Shown: positions 36,493 through 56,725, counted from the whole stretch's first letter. The stretch: 63,770 nt of DNA, filler included, from Reclinomonas americana ATCC 50394 (GCA_048213135.1; 14 parts of 14 records of this genome joined end to end with filler, not necessarily neighbours in it), one strand, 5' to 3'. Notes: generated by a model from the sequence alone, not told the origin. Program-made: numbers and translations.

Positions 36493-37569
36493 ATGTCGTC
36501 CGCCTCTCCACTCTTTCTCTGCAAGTTCACCATGCGAGGACACCGTGAGCGAGTCCACTCTGTCGCTGTCTCTCCCAATGGACAGTACTTGGCGAGCGGC
36601 AGTGTTGACACGACAGTGCGAGTGTGGTCCATGGCGAGTGGCGATCAGCTACTGCTATTGGAGGGTCGCGCTTCACAAGTGCTCTCTGTGGCCTTCACTC
36701 CCGACAGCCAGTACGTAGTGAGTGGCCACTTTGGCAAGACAGTGTGTGTGTGGTCAGTGGTGAGCGGGAAGCAAGTGCAACGGCGACAGGGACTCGCTGC
36801 ACCGGTGATGTGCATGACCGTCACTGTCGACGGCCAGCACATTGTCGTTGGCAGTGCCATGTCGATGCGAGTGCTGACACTGGCAAGTGGGGAGGAGGTG
36901 CGACGGATGGAGGGACACGATGGGTTGGTGTGGTCAGTCGCCGCCTCTGCCGACGGCGCACACGTACTGAGCGCGAGCGATGACGGCACTGTGCGCATGT
37001 GGTCACTGGCGAGTGGAGACGAGGTGCGGCGGTGGAAGGGACACGCAGAAGGCATGCCGTCGGTTGCCATTACGCCCAACCTGCAGCGCGTGGTGAGCGC
37101 CTGTTGTGACGAGGCGGTGTGGGTGTGGTCGACGGAGGGCGATGGAGAGCAAGCGCAAAGACTGGAGGGGCACACTAGCTCGGTGTGGTGTGTTGCAGTT
37201 ACTCCGGATAGTCGGCATGCGGTCAGTGGGAGCTGGGACGACACGGTGCGCGTGTGGTCGCTGGAGCGCGGAGAGCAAGTCCGGCGGTTGGAGGGGCACA
37301 CCGACTCGGTGTGGTCGGTCGCCGTCACCGCCGACGGTCAGCATGTCATCAGTGGGAGCTTGGACACGACAATTCGAGTATGGGCGACGCCGTGCGGCCT
37401 GGCTGGAGATGAGCTCGAGGGTGCGCGGGCGGCCATGCGCATGGTGCAGGAGATGCAAGGGGAGGATGATCGCCGGTGCCTGGTCGAAACGGTACTGCGC
37501 TGCTTCTTGGTCGAGGAGGCCGAAGTCGTGTTATTTCGATGTCGCGAGGATCCTTTGATGTGCTTGTAA
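36493..37569 (+). CDS. Intronless WD40-repeat protein (7 repeats), tandem paralogue of the previous gene
   Basis: Same repeat type; shares the N-terminal FLxKFTxRGH and the C-terminal ARAAMRxVQEMQGExDRRCLVETVLRCFLVEEAEVVL. Confidence 0.92.
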   Translation: MSSASPLFLCKFTMRGHRERVHSVAVSPNGQYLASGSVDTTVRVWSMASGDQLLLLEGRASQVLSVAFTPDSQYVVSGHFGKTVCVWSVVSGKQVQRRQGLAAPVMCMTVTVDGQHIVVGSAMSMRVLTLASGEEVRRMEGHDGLVWSVAASADGAHVLSASDDGTVRMWSLASGDEVRRWKGHAEGMPSVAITPNLQRVVSACCDEAVWVWSTEGDGEQAQRLEGHTSSVWCVAVTPDSRHAVSGSWDDTVRVWSLERGEQVRRLEGHTDSVWSVAVTADGQHVISGSLDTTIRVWATPCGLAGDELEGARAAMRMVQEMQGEDDRRCLVETVLRCFLVEEAEVVLFRCREDPLMCL

Positions 37570-37727
37570 TGAAATGGAAGTCAAGGGCATGATAGAGAAT
37601 GAGAGAGGAGCACTGAGCAGGCCCTCAAGGGTCGAGTGATATTACGTAGGGGAAAGGGAGGCGGTCACAGGACACCATTGATCTTTGGCCATCTTTGTTG
37701 TTGTCTCTTGTGTGAGCAGCGGTGGCC

Positions 37728-38355
37728 ATGATCTTTGACTTGTACATCTACAACCGAAGAGTTGTGNNNNNNNNNNNNNNNNNNNNNNNNNNNNNNNNNN
37801 NNNNNNNNNNTTAATTAATTAANNNNNNNNNNNNNNNNNNNNNNNNNNNNNNNNNNNNNNNNNNNNTGCGCGCGATGTGGCCGATGTGATGCGTCATATT
37901 TACGCCGAGGTGCGTGCTTTGGAGGGGAGGGACGGGGAGGGGAGCAGAGAAGAAGACGATGAAGAGAGAGAGAGAGGAGAGAAAGGGAGGGAGGGGAAGG
38001 GAGGAAAGAGAGAGGGGCAGAGAGAGAGAGAGGAGGGGAGGGGGGGCGAGAGAGAAAGAGGAGAGGAGGGAGAGGCACAGAGAAGAAGAAGAGATGAGAA
38101 GAAAGGATGAGAAAGAAAAGAAGAATAGAGAGGTGAGAGATTGGGAGAGGGGAGAATGTGTATGAGAGAGAGAGAGAGAAGAGGGAGAATGAGAGGGAGA
38201 GACAGACTGCGGCTCACCTGTCGTCTGTGTGGCAGATTTTTGTGGAGTACGTTATCCGCAACCCGCTGTACGAGCCGCAGACGCCCATTGACTATTCGCT
38301 GTTCAAGGACAACCTCGACGACTACGTGTCGAGTTTGTCGATTTTCCGCTCGTGA
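37728..38355 (+). CDS. TRAPPC1: TRAPP complex subunit 1 (Bet5); middle lost in gap
   Basis: MIFDLYIYNR..., then DVMRHIYAE|IFVEYVIRNPLYEPQTPIDYSLFKDNLDDYVSSLSIF; sybindin-like family. Confidence 0.82.
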
Positions 38356-39616
38356 GTGGGCGTGAATGGTGGCGTGGAATGAAGCGCCAGATGGTGTGTG
38401 AAGGTGAAGGAGGGAGAGTGGGAGAGGCTCGAGCTTGTGATGATCCTCCTTCGCTTTCTGTACCCTCCTGTTATCGTGGAAGTTTTTTCGGCCGTCTACG
38501 TTTGCATTCTCCTCTCCGAAGCATGGACCCGTACGGTGTAAGTGGTGTTTGTGTTGATTGTTTTTTTTTTTGGAAGTTGGTCATCGAGACAACGATTGCT
38601 TCGTTTGCCTAGGTTCTGGCCTCCCCGAATTCGATGTGCCGTGTACGATCGCAGAAAACTACTAAGCGTCAATGCAAGTGTTGTTCAACCACACCACCAA
38701 CTACGACGCCTCCACTGATTTGCTTTGCTTGCTTCAAGGATCCGGACCCGGCTTTGCTTTGTTTGTCTGGCTCATGGCCTTTTCCCGAATTCGATGTGCC
38801 GTGTACAATCGCAGAAAACGCTATGCGTCTATGCAAGTACGTCAAATCCACTGGTCAACCACGTGCACGCTTATGCGGTGAAGATCGCAGCTCTCGACTT
38901 GTTCGCAGCGGAGCCGAGAGCGAACACACACACACACACAAGCAACCTGCTGCTGCCTCAAGATTGGTGTCTGTGTTGATGCTTTAAATTTGGATATGGT
39001 TGAACTTGGTCATCAAGACAGCTGCACATGTGGCAATTTCCATTGTTTGTACACGTTGGTGACTTCGAATTCGAATGGTGCAGCTGTCTGTATGCTTTTT
39101 CTCGCACTGTCTCCGTGAGATCTCAGTTCCTGATGCTCACTCAAGATGGTGATCCGTGCTTGTCACGAGCCGTGGTCTCGATCGCGAATTCCCTTGCAAT
39201 ATTAATTACACTTGCAGATCTAGAAACGCCAGCATGCCATCTCGATTTTTTTCTCGCCTTTTTCCGGGATGCCTGAGTTTCTGGTGCTCACTCAAGATGG
39301 TGATCATAATGCAGCTGTGTGGCTGTTTGGATTAGCAAAGTCGTGCACCTCGCGATATCAAGACGAAAATACGCGTGACAATCCATCAAACCACAAAGCT
39401 CGCTGGGAAGGGGCGAGCGAGCGCCTCACTTCTCTCCTTTGCCTCTCTCCTCTCTCTCNNNNNNNNNNNNNNNNNNNNNNNNNNNNNNNNNNNNNNNNNN
39501 NNTTAATTAATTAANNNNNNNNNNNNNNNNNNNNNNNNNNNNNNNNNNNNNNNNNNNNGCGTGCCTATACTTGTGCCGCGCATGTCTATTCATCTCCGCC
39601 CCTTTCCGACCCACAG

Positions 39617-46849
<7,233 letters not shown>

Positions 46850-47450
46850 TGAGTGCGTGAGTGTGAGTGAGAGATAAGAAAGGAAATGAGGGGTTGTGGA
46901 GAGAGCGTCGAGAGTGGATTGAGGAGCTTAGAGAGAGAGAGAGGCAAGTCGTGCGTGTGTGTGTGTGTGAGAGAGAGAGAGAGATACACCTTGTGCGATA
47001 CGGGGAGAACAAAAAACAGGGGAGAAATGAATGCACATTGAGAAAGAGAGAGATGGGGGTTGTTAGAATGTGGTGACGGGAAGGAGAGGGAGAGAGACAG
47101 CGTCTTATTTTGTGAGTAGCTTGTATGAGAAATACGATGATAAGGAAAAGGAGTGAGTATCTCTTTCCAATCGAGTCAGTTTTCGAGAATGAGGAAGGGC
47201 AAGGAGAGATGAACGCGTAAGAAGGGCACAGAGTGCAATTTAGGGAAATGAGAGGGATCAGCAAGTGTGTCGTTGCTCATTCACTGCTGTCGCAAGAAAG
47301 CCAGGAGGAGCTTTGATGAGGAAGAACGAGTGTGTGTGTGAGAGAAAAAGAGAGATAGACACATAGAAATGGAACAATGATTGCAGTGAGAAGGAGGAGG
47401 ACAAAGAGCGTAACGCAGATCGACTGACTTATTTATTACCTGCATACCAG

Positions 47451-49003
47451 GCTACCCGTTTGCGCAAGAGGCCGTCATCCTGTCGGTCGCCGACAATGAG
47501 GGCTAGTTGCGTCAAATGTCGTCGCACACGCAGCACGAGCTGCGCCTCCTTACCCCACCCACACTCTCGCAGCTTCGTTCGCACGGATCCGCGTCACAAG
47601 TGCGAGCACACGAGGGACACGGAGAAGGCGTACCGCGAGGCGTGCGTGCGTTTGTTTGGCGAGGCGTTCGAGACCAAGGCGCTGGACATTGGCGAAGTGC
47701 GCATCATTATTGTGGTGCAGCGGTTCGACTTTGTGCACAATGATGGTGTTGGCAATCTCGTGACGTCGTATTTGTCGGAGGAGGTGCGGTGGGGAGGCAA
47801 AGGGCGTGGAGAGGGAAGGGGTGGAAAGGGGAAGGGTCGGAAAGGGAAGGGATAGAAAGGGAAAGGAGTCTTAGGGTGCATGGGGAAGTGATGCGAGTAT
47901 CTCCCATTGCGCTCACATTCTCTGTGTGCGACGCAGGTGGCATACCCGGCGCAGCTGGTCATTGGCTTCCGCGAGTCGCTCGTCGATGCCGAGTTGCGAT
48001 GTTCTACCCATGCATTCTCGTTTCTCACTGTCGCTCACATCACTCTGCAGCAAACTCCCGCGCGAACGTGCGCCGATCAACGAACAGTTCCCCGTCGGCA
48101 GCGACGTGTTCTTCCTGGGTGATGAGTTTTACGGAGCATTCGGCAAGGTTGGTGGGGTGTCAGTCTCTTTTGCGCCATCACTGCATGTCTCACATTCTAC
48201 AAAGGTCGTTGCCGCGCGCAATCTCGTCGATGTGGACCTGGAGATTCAGTACCCGGAGCCGACGTTCTCTGCACTTCGACGAGCGCGCGAAGAGGGGGCG
48301 CAGTGGATCAGCCAGCGCGATCTCAGCAGCCGGCTGGGAATTGACGATCAGGTGTTGAGCAAGGTGGGTTTGGTGTCGCAGAGTTATGTGTGTTGCGGAA
48401 GAAGTTGACGTGTATGTGCGTGCGCGCAGTTGACGAGCACATTCAGTGTCGGCACGGTCGATGTTGGGCTGGGTATCAAGTTTGACCGGAAGGGCATGCA
48501 TCGGTTTGGGCTGGCGCGGAAGGTGCAGATGTCCAGTTGCGCGAAAAGGGGGATATTGGGGAAGGAGAGAATAGAAAAGAGATGCATCATTCTGTGTTCC
48601 TTCTCTCCCTCGCCCTCCCCATCTCTTGCGCTGACTCTCTTGCGCACCAGACTACGGCTACTGGGAGTACTCGGGCGAAATCGCCCAGGTCATCCGCGAC
48701 TACCTGGAGCGCTTCCCGGAGCTGTTTGTCGGCCTGCAGAGAGTCAACGCGCCCAAGGTGGAGCCGAAGGCGGTGTTTGGCGAGGCGGCGAAGGGTCGCA
48801 TGGCGGATCTGTCGACGTGGATCAATGGGGTGCAGCAGGTGCGTGGAGTGGGGTGGGCGATGATGTGTGTATGTGTGTTTGATACCTTAACGCCGGTCGG
48901 TTGCAGAGACTCGACAAGTACCCGATGGTGATGTTGGGCACCGAGTTGATGCCCGCGGAGACCGTGCGGGCGTATGAGCAGGCGGTGGCGCAGCATTTGG
49001 CAG
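47451..49003 (+). CDS. XRN1: 5'-3' exoribonuclease 1, internal post-catalytic fragment
   Basis: GYPFAQEAVILSVAD, YPAQLV, FPVGSDVFFLGDEFYGAFGKV, VLSKLTSTF..VGLGIKF, WEYS...IRDYLERFPELF. The nuclease domain is not present upstream. Confidence 0.85.
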
Positions 49004-49040
49004 GTGAGGGGCAGGAGGGGGGAAGGGGAGGAATAGGGAA

Positions 49041-49079
<39 letters not shown>

Positions 49080-49242
49080 TAGGAGGGAGGGAGGAGAGAC
49101 GAANNNNNNNNNNNNNNNNNNNNNNNNNNNNNNNNNNNNNNNNNNNNTTAATTAATTAANNNNNNNNNNNNNNNNNNNNNNNNNNNNNNNNNNNNNNNNN
49201 NNNCTTTCTTCTCTTCCTTCCTTCCCCTCCTCCTTCCGTCTC

Positions 49243-49300
<58 letters not shown>

Positions 49301-49328
49301 GTGTGTGTGAGTGTGTGTGAACACTCAC

Positions 49329-50281
49329 CAGAAGAGCCAGACCCAGCCAGCACGGTGACGACGCCAGTGTCGCGGTTGACACTCAGCACGCGGTGGCTCA
49401 ACTGCACGCTCAAGTCAGCAGAAATGAACATGCGACCAAATATCTCTTACAAAGACACAACTGTGTTGGCGACCGCCAATGTGGATCCCTGCCATCCAAT
49501 GCCTCGAGCTCCGTTGAGAGCAACTGACGCACTGCCACCAGCCGCGACCAATTCTTGTGTGGTACCTGTGACAAATAAACCAGTGGGTTACAAAGACCTC
49601 TTGCTCACCATCGCCTCACGTTCGCCCTTACCAGTGAAAGTGTCAATCGTGGATATTGTGTTGGCCATCGAATCCACGACATACAGCGTGTCTTGATCGT
49701 CAACCACCATGGCAGCCGGGGCCATGAAACCAGTCGCCAGGATGGTGGTGACGCCAGCCGGTGACACCATGAACACACGCCCGGTGGTGTCACTCACATA
49801 CATGTAGTCCCACGTGTCCACGGCGACGGCGTACGGCGTGGCCAGCACGACATTGAATGGATCATCGCCGCCGTCCATGTTCGCGGCTCCCGCGTCTCCC
49901 AGAATGGTGCACACGTAAGGATCCACTGCACGATGTGTGAGGAGAAGCAAGGGCACAATCACTCATGATTACAAAAATAAAACGCACAGAATGTGAGATC
50001 GCCAGCGGCGACGTAGTCGCACCCGTTGCAGAGTCGGATGCACACCGAAGCATCACCGCTCGGCAACGAGGACGCATCGAAAACAAAGCCAGTGGAGGTC
50101 GGCGAGGCAGTCACCATGGGCACAGTAATGAATCGTCCGTCCAGCGAGGTGCAGTCGCCGACCGTGGAGAAGGCGACGGTGGCGTCGCGAACATCGAAGC
50201 GGGCGGCCGGCGCAGCGGGTTGCACGCCAACGTATTGCAGTTGTGTGCGGTATACGGAGGTGGTGATGAGCTGCAGCGTAA
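49329..50281 (-). CDS. NHL-repeat/beta-propeller protein fragment
   Basis: TPYAVAVDTWDYMYVSD, GFMAPAAMVVDDQDTLYVVDS, HRVLSVNRDTGVVTVLAGSG in GT-AG exons. Confidence 0.7.
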
Positions 50282-50835
50282 CTGTGGAAGGGAGAAGGGG
50301 GATTGAGGGGGACGGAGAAGGGGGAAAGAGGGGGAAGGAGGGAGAAGGAGGGGAAGGAAGGAGGAAGAAGGAGGGGAAGGAGGGGAAGAGGGAGGAGGGA
50401 AGAGGGAAGAGGGAAGAGGGAAGAGGGAAGAGAGGGAAGAGGGAAGAGGGAAGAGGAAGAGGAAGAGGAAGAGGAAGAGGAAATAGGGGAAGACGGAATA
50501 AAGAAGAGAGAGAGAGTGAGAACTAGGGATAAGAAAGGAAAGTGATTCGAAGAGAGAATTGATGAAGCATCGATGATTGCAGAGGCACCGAGACGATTGA
50601 GACACAATTCATGGAGGAGCGAGAGTTGAAGAAGTACTAAGCAGAGAACTGACAAACAGCGAAGATTGCATAGGTACGAAGACAACCTGGGGAATAAACA
50701 TGGGGGAGCGAGAGTTGAAGAAGTACTAAGCAGGAGATTGCAGAGAAGAAGGTTTCTGATTGCAGATGCACGTACAGGGAAAGGTAGAGTGTACTTGATG
50801 GTGAAGCCACCATCTCCCCACTTCGTTCAACTCAC

Positions 50836-52594
50836 CACTGTTGCCTTCCAGCACCATGAAGAAACGACACAATCGACAAAGCATCGCGCACCGCATCCGC
50901 ATCTGTTCTGCGTGCGAGGACAGCCACCACGCGACCTGTGAGCATTGAGAGGTGCAGTTCCACCAGGGTGACCAACTGTGCACAATCGTCAGTCACTCCG
51001 CCGCACTCAATGTGAACGAGGGGAGTGACGCAACACTGCTGTTGGACGTGGGCGTCGAGTGCGACATGACGAGTGCCAGGAGCGACATGGCACACGATGT
51101 GACGTGCACCATGACGGGTGAATCATCCGGAAGCTGCACGTGGTGCGCGACATTTGAGTGACCGAGATTTCTGTCCGCACCATTCCTTTCTCCAACTACC
51201 GCACCGACAAGGCACTCAATCCGTCCCAAAACGATGACACATGACGCGCCAGAGCCGGCGATCGGTCCTGCAGCAGTTTGCGCACCGTGTTCTTGGCGTC
51301 GGGAAGTGCACTCAGCTCTGCAGGCGGCTTGTAACATGAAAGAGAAGACTTACTTAAACAGTGAATACCCGTGGAGAAAACAAACCACGCAGCACCGACA
51401 CCATCTCCTGCAGCGATTGCGCAACACCCGTTGTGGCTGGCAAATCTGGACACTCCTCCAACATCACCAACAGATCCTGATATTGATGGAGTGAGCAGCT
51501 GCATCGCCACCGGATGGATGACTACCGCAGCGTTTGCGCAACATTAATCATCACTGAACCAACAATGCCCCACACTTCGGCCGGAAACATGGACCCCGGT
51601 GCACGTCCCGGCTGTCGTATACGCTGATCCAGAGAGTGAGTCTGCTGGCGCGAGGAAAGACAAGTAGACTGTGCGGCGTACCTCCAACACATGTCGCAAC
51701 CACAACGACGCCGCTCGTCGCAGCAGGCCACGACTAAAACAATCTTCGCTAAACATATTCTCAAAACAATGCAGAAACAGTCCGCCATTCTGCGCCACAC
51801 ACAGAGAGCGAGAGAGAGCGAGGAGAAGAAGAAGAGGGCGCGGAGTAATGGAAACGAACACACACATACATACACATGCACATACACATACATACACATA
51901 TAAGCGTCTTGATTGATGACAACACCAGCAGATACACATTGCCACACGTACCACACGTGACGCAGAGGCCAATGTTGCTGATGAATCCACCGCGGCACTC
52001 TGCTGCAACACCGATAGCAGTCGCTCGCCGGTCGTTGGCGATTCAATGACACTCGACAGCAGGCGAGCCAGCTGCACAGACGTTAGCACGCTTGACGATC
52101 TGCAGAGCCGAAACAATTTGCGTGACACACCTCCCTCCGATCCAAATCGCTGCGTGGGCTCGAGACAGCACGCGCCATGTTGGCAAACGAGCGATCCACA
52201 TGCACCCACTGCACGAGGGCATCACACGTGCGCGACGAGCGCACGAAGTTGCCCAGCACAATCGTACTCAGTCGCAGATTCACATCCACAGTGAGCGGTG
52301 TCGCCTGCAGCTGTGACTGCTGCAACTGCTGTTGCTGTTGACTGCCCGACATGCGCATATGCTGCGATGATCCGGCCGACAGGAACTGCGTGCCACTGAA
52401 GGATATGGATAGCGACGACGATGACGAGCCCGACTTGGAGAGGGGTAGTGGTGGAGCGCCGACCAGGGTGAAACACAATTCAAAAGTCTGCACCATGTTG
52501 GCTTCGTTGAAGAGCTGCACCGCGAGAAAGAGAGATAAAAGCCAAGGGGTTAGTATGCAGTTCTCCGTCTGCCCTTGTCTGTCTGTGTGCGTGC

Positions 52595-52669
<75 letters not shown>

Positions 52670-52957
52670 ACGTACGTACGTACGTTACCGTTACCGTTAC
52701 CGACCGTACGTGTAGTACGTACGGAACGGAACGGACGGCGGTAGGTAGGTACGGTACCGGACCGNNNNNNNNNNNNNNNNNNNNNNNNNNNNNNNNNNNN
52801 NNNNNNNNTTAATTAATTAANNNNNNNNNNNNNNNNNNNNNNNNNNNNNNNNNNNNNNNNNNNNCGACGACGAAGAAGAAGAGAAAGTAACGAACGGTAA
52901 GGTTAGGTAGTGTAGTCGTCGTCGTCGTCGTCGTCGTCGTCGTGTGTGTGTGCGTGT

Positions 52958-53026
<69 letters not shown>

Positions 53027-54432
53027 ACCGGCGAGTACACGTACCTTTTGCCCAACTGGATGTTCGAGAACGAGCGAGGTGATGACGGCCAGCGCAGCGA
53101 CAATCATGTCCACCGACGACGACGAGAGCTGATTGATGAGTGTGCGACAGGCGGCTTTCACCTCGGCCGACAATGCCGAGGCCATGGCTGTGTGCCGATG
53201 ACGCTGCTGCTGCTGGAGATGCTGGTGTTGGTGATGATGATTATAATGAGCGGATGGCGATGCTGGGCTGCTGGAGGCGGCGGCGGGTGTAGAGAGGAGC
53301 TCCACGGTGACGGGATAGGTGTCGAGGAGGAGGGCCAGCAGTTGCACTTGTTGGAGGAGGGCTGGTTCGTCAGAGGTGGACATGCTGCGCAGAGGGAGGA
53401 GACGAAGAAGGGAAAGGGTTAGGAGAGGGAGGAGGAAAGGGAAAGGGAGGATTAGGGGAAAGGAGAGTGAGAGGAAAGGATGAGGGAGACATGGAGAGGG
53501 AGACAGAGCGGGAGACAGAGAGGGAGACAGGGAAGAGGGGAAAGAGGGGGAAGGAGAGGAAGAGGGAGAGGATGAAGAAGAGAGAGAGGAATGGATGAGG
53601 GAGACAGAGAGGGAGAGGGAGAGGGAAGAGTGGGAGAGAGGGAGAGAGGGAGACAGAGAGGGAGAGAGGCAGAGAGGGAGAGGTAGAGGGAGAGAAGGAG
53701 AGTGGGAGCAACAGATATTACAAAATGGGTAACAGGAAGGAGTGCGAGAATGGAAGCGAGAGTCAAGTAGTTACTCAACATGGTGGCCACAGTTCGGTGT
53801 GCAAACGATCGTAGATGCTGCGGCTGCGGCAACCAGTTGTCTCGCAGTGTGGGCGTCGGTAGCGAACAGAGTAGCAGCTGCAGCCATTCGGTGACCTGCA
53901 ATGGCGTTTGCTCTGAGTGAGAGTCGGCCGAGGGTCGCAAAGATTGGATGATTGATTGCAACTTTGTGCGCATGCGCTGGGTGACATGGTTGCAGCAGAA
54001 ACGCGAGAATCCGACCGACAATGTCGCTGTGCTGCAGTTCGATCGCCACAAAGTCAAAGAGGCCTGTGGGGGACATGGAGGAGAGGGAAAGGGGGGAGGT
54101 GAGAGGGAGAAGGATGGGAAAGGGGAGAGGGAGAAAGAAGGAATTGGGGAGGGAGAATGAGAGGGAGAAGAAAGGGGAGAAGGAAGAGGGAATGCGAGGG
54201 AGAAGGAGGGGAAAGGGGAGAAGAGTGAGAGGGAGAAGGAAGGAATTGGGGAGAGAGATTGAGAGGAAGAAGAAAGGGGAGGAGGGAGGGATGGGAGAGA
54301 GAAGGANNNNNNNNNNNNNNNNNNNNNNNNNNNNNNNNNNNNNNNNNNNNTTAATTAATTAANNNNNNNNNNNNNNNNNNNNNNNNNNNNNNNNNNNNNN
54401 NNNNNNAGAAAGTAGAATAGAATAGAAGTAGA

Positions 54433-54466
<34 letters not shown>

Positions 54467-55775
54467 GAAAGAAATACAGAGAGAGAAAGAAAGAAAGAAA
54501 GAGAAAAGAGAAAGAGAACTGGTTCAACAGACGGAGATCAGTGAGAAGATGGGAGGCAGGATCGGCCACGTAGAGCCTTGTGTTGAAGGGGGTGAAGAGA
54601 CGCAAGGGAAGACAGAGAGACAACTGCAGCAGAACAAGGCGAGAAGCAGAAGACGAGCAAAGCAGAATAGAAAGTCTCTCTCTCCCTGTGCCTCCTCTCC
54701 CTCCCTCCCTCACGCAACAGCACACTTCCACCGCATGCACTACTCGCGAGTTCTCAATGTCACGCTCCCACTGCGGAAACTCGGCATGCAACACCACACT
54801 GGCAATGATACGAGCCGCACGTACAAGTCGACCATCCTAATAAGGGAAAGAGGGAAAGAGTGAGCAGAAGAAGGGGAAGAGTGGGGAAGGGAGGGGAAGG
54901 AGAGAAGGAAGGGAAGGAGTGGAAAGAGGAGAAGGAGGAGAAGGAAGGGAAGGAGGAGAAGGGAGGAAAGGGAGAGAGTGAGTGAATGTGAGAGACGGGA
55001 TGCGAAGAACGAGAAGGGAGAGAGTGAGAGAATGAGTGAGGGAAGAAGGAGGAAAAGAGGGAAGCAAAGGAAGGGATGAAGGAGTGAAGGAGGAAGGAGA
55101 AGGGAGCGAAGGAGGAGAAGAGAGGGAAGGAGGAGAAGGGAGGCGAAGAAGGAGATGGAACGGGAGGAGGAGAAAGAAGGGAAGGAGGGGAAGGGAGGGA
55201 AGAATGAGAAGGGGGAGAGTGAGTGAATGAGTGAGGGAGGAAGGAGAAGAGAGAGAAGGAGGAGGAGAAGCGAGGGAAGGAGGAGAAGCGAGGGAAGGAG
55301 GAGAAGCGAGGGAAGAAGGAGAAAGGATGGAAGGAGTGGGAAGGGAGGGAAGGAGTGGGAAGGGAGGGAAGGAGGAGAAGGGAGGGAAGGAGTGGAAAGA
55401 GGAGAAGGGAGAGAGTGAGAGTGAGAGAAAGTGAGCGACTCAGTGTGTGAGTGCAGTGAGAGGAAGGAGAGAGTGAGGAGAGTGGAGAGAGAGAGGAGAA
55501 AGGAAACTGAGTGATTGAGTGAGAGATTGAGAGTATGCATTGACTGAGAGAGGGTACACATGTTATCTTCGCGCGCGCGCAACATGCACAGTGCTGGAGG
55601 CGCGAAAGTCCATGGCCTTGAGCGCGCGCTGATGCAACAAGCAGGGAAACTCAATGAGTCACACGTGAGACAAAGAGACAACAAAGACAGAGAGGCATGC
55701 ACTGACCACTAACTCAGCAAAAGCCGCAGCATCAAATTGACTAATGGAGCCCTCGAGAGCAAGAAGGCGATCCAT
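50836..55775 (-). CDS. CIP2A-like armadillo-repeat protein (N-terminal domain); C-terminal coiled coil not found
   Basis: ACRTLINQLSSSSVDMIVAALAVITSLVLEHPVGQK|LFNEANMVQTFELCF resembles the CIP2A segment FYRTLITLL...FALSILSSLTL..VGEKLFHARNIHQTFQLIF (from memory). Candidate start MDRLLALEGSISQFDAA at 55775. Confidence 0.7.
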
Positions 55776-55835
55776 TGTTTGTGCGCTCTTTGATTGATAT
55801 GAAAAAGTGATTGTGTCCCGCGCGCGTGTGTGAAG

Positions 55836-56165
55836 TTTGCCAATGAGACAACTCGCACTTGTGTGTGCTTGTGATACATGTGTGGTGAGCGCGCAAGTGT
55901 TACTACACTGTGGCAGCTGCAGGGTGCAAGAGAAAACTTCGCGCGATCGATAGCGAAGTCGTTTGTGTCTCGCGTTTTGTGCGCATTGCTGGTCTCTCTG
56001 TGACGCAGGGCGTGGCTCCTGCTGTGCTGTTTGCCAATGAGACAGCTCGCACGTGTGTGTGCTTGTGATACATGTGTGCACGAGAAAAAACTTCGCGCGA
56101 TTGATTGCGAAGTCGTTTGTGTCTCCACGCGCGTTTGTGCGCGTTGCTGGTCTCTCTGCGACACA
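55836..56165. repeat. Imperfect tandem duplication (150-190 bp) upstream of the CIP2A-like start
   Basis: tttgccaatgagaca..gtgtgtgcttgtgatacatgtgtg at 55836 and 56030; acttcgcgcgat.gat.gcgaagtcgtttgtgtctc at about 55937 and 56090. Confidence 0.8.
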
Positions 56166-56402
56166 GGACGTGTCTCGTGTTGTACTGCCCTCCTAGCTGC
56201 GCAACGAGAGGCGGCTTATGCGCATTCCGACAACTTCACGAATGCAATGATTGGTGGTCGCGACAGTTTCGCGCTCTTTTCTGTTGCCGATGCAGCACGC
56301 CTACACGCACACATGTCGCTCCACATGAACGCGCACGTCTCACGCGCAACACAGGCCGCTAAGCTTCAAAACTCTGTTGTCCTAGTCCAAAAACTTGCAC
56401 AC

Positions 56403-56725
56403 TCACACTCCGTCTTCCCTCGGTCGCACGAGGGCTCTCTCCTCGCCCATGTCGTCCACATGCGACAACTCAGCGTACTGGGCGGCCATTGGCACGGTCA
56501 GCAGCCTGTCACACACACAGCAAACGAGACAATGAGTAATCATGATCTTTTTCTCTTTCTCCTCGCATGCGCAGCTGATATTTACACAAGTGGCGTCGCT
56601 GGTGGCGCTCATATGCCTGCCACTGTACATGAGAAGGAAGATGCGCGATGAAGCAAGTCGGTGAGTGAGTGAGTGACCTGTATTCCCGAGCAACATCGGA
56701 CACACGTGATCAATCAATCGCTCTG
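56403..56725 (-). CDS. Possible 3' exons of an unidentified gene
   Basis: Non-repetitive GC-rich segments with pyrimidine-tract/CAG acceptors ending ...DDMGEERALVRPREDGV*. No family recognised. Confidence 0.3.

Noticed and set aside
52665..52920. Odd cgtacgtacg/gttacc/ggaac quasi-palindromic sequence beside a gap
   Set aside because: TACG-cycling low-quality read tail typical of pyrosequencing after a microsatellite; not biological.
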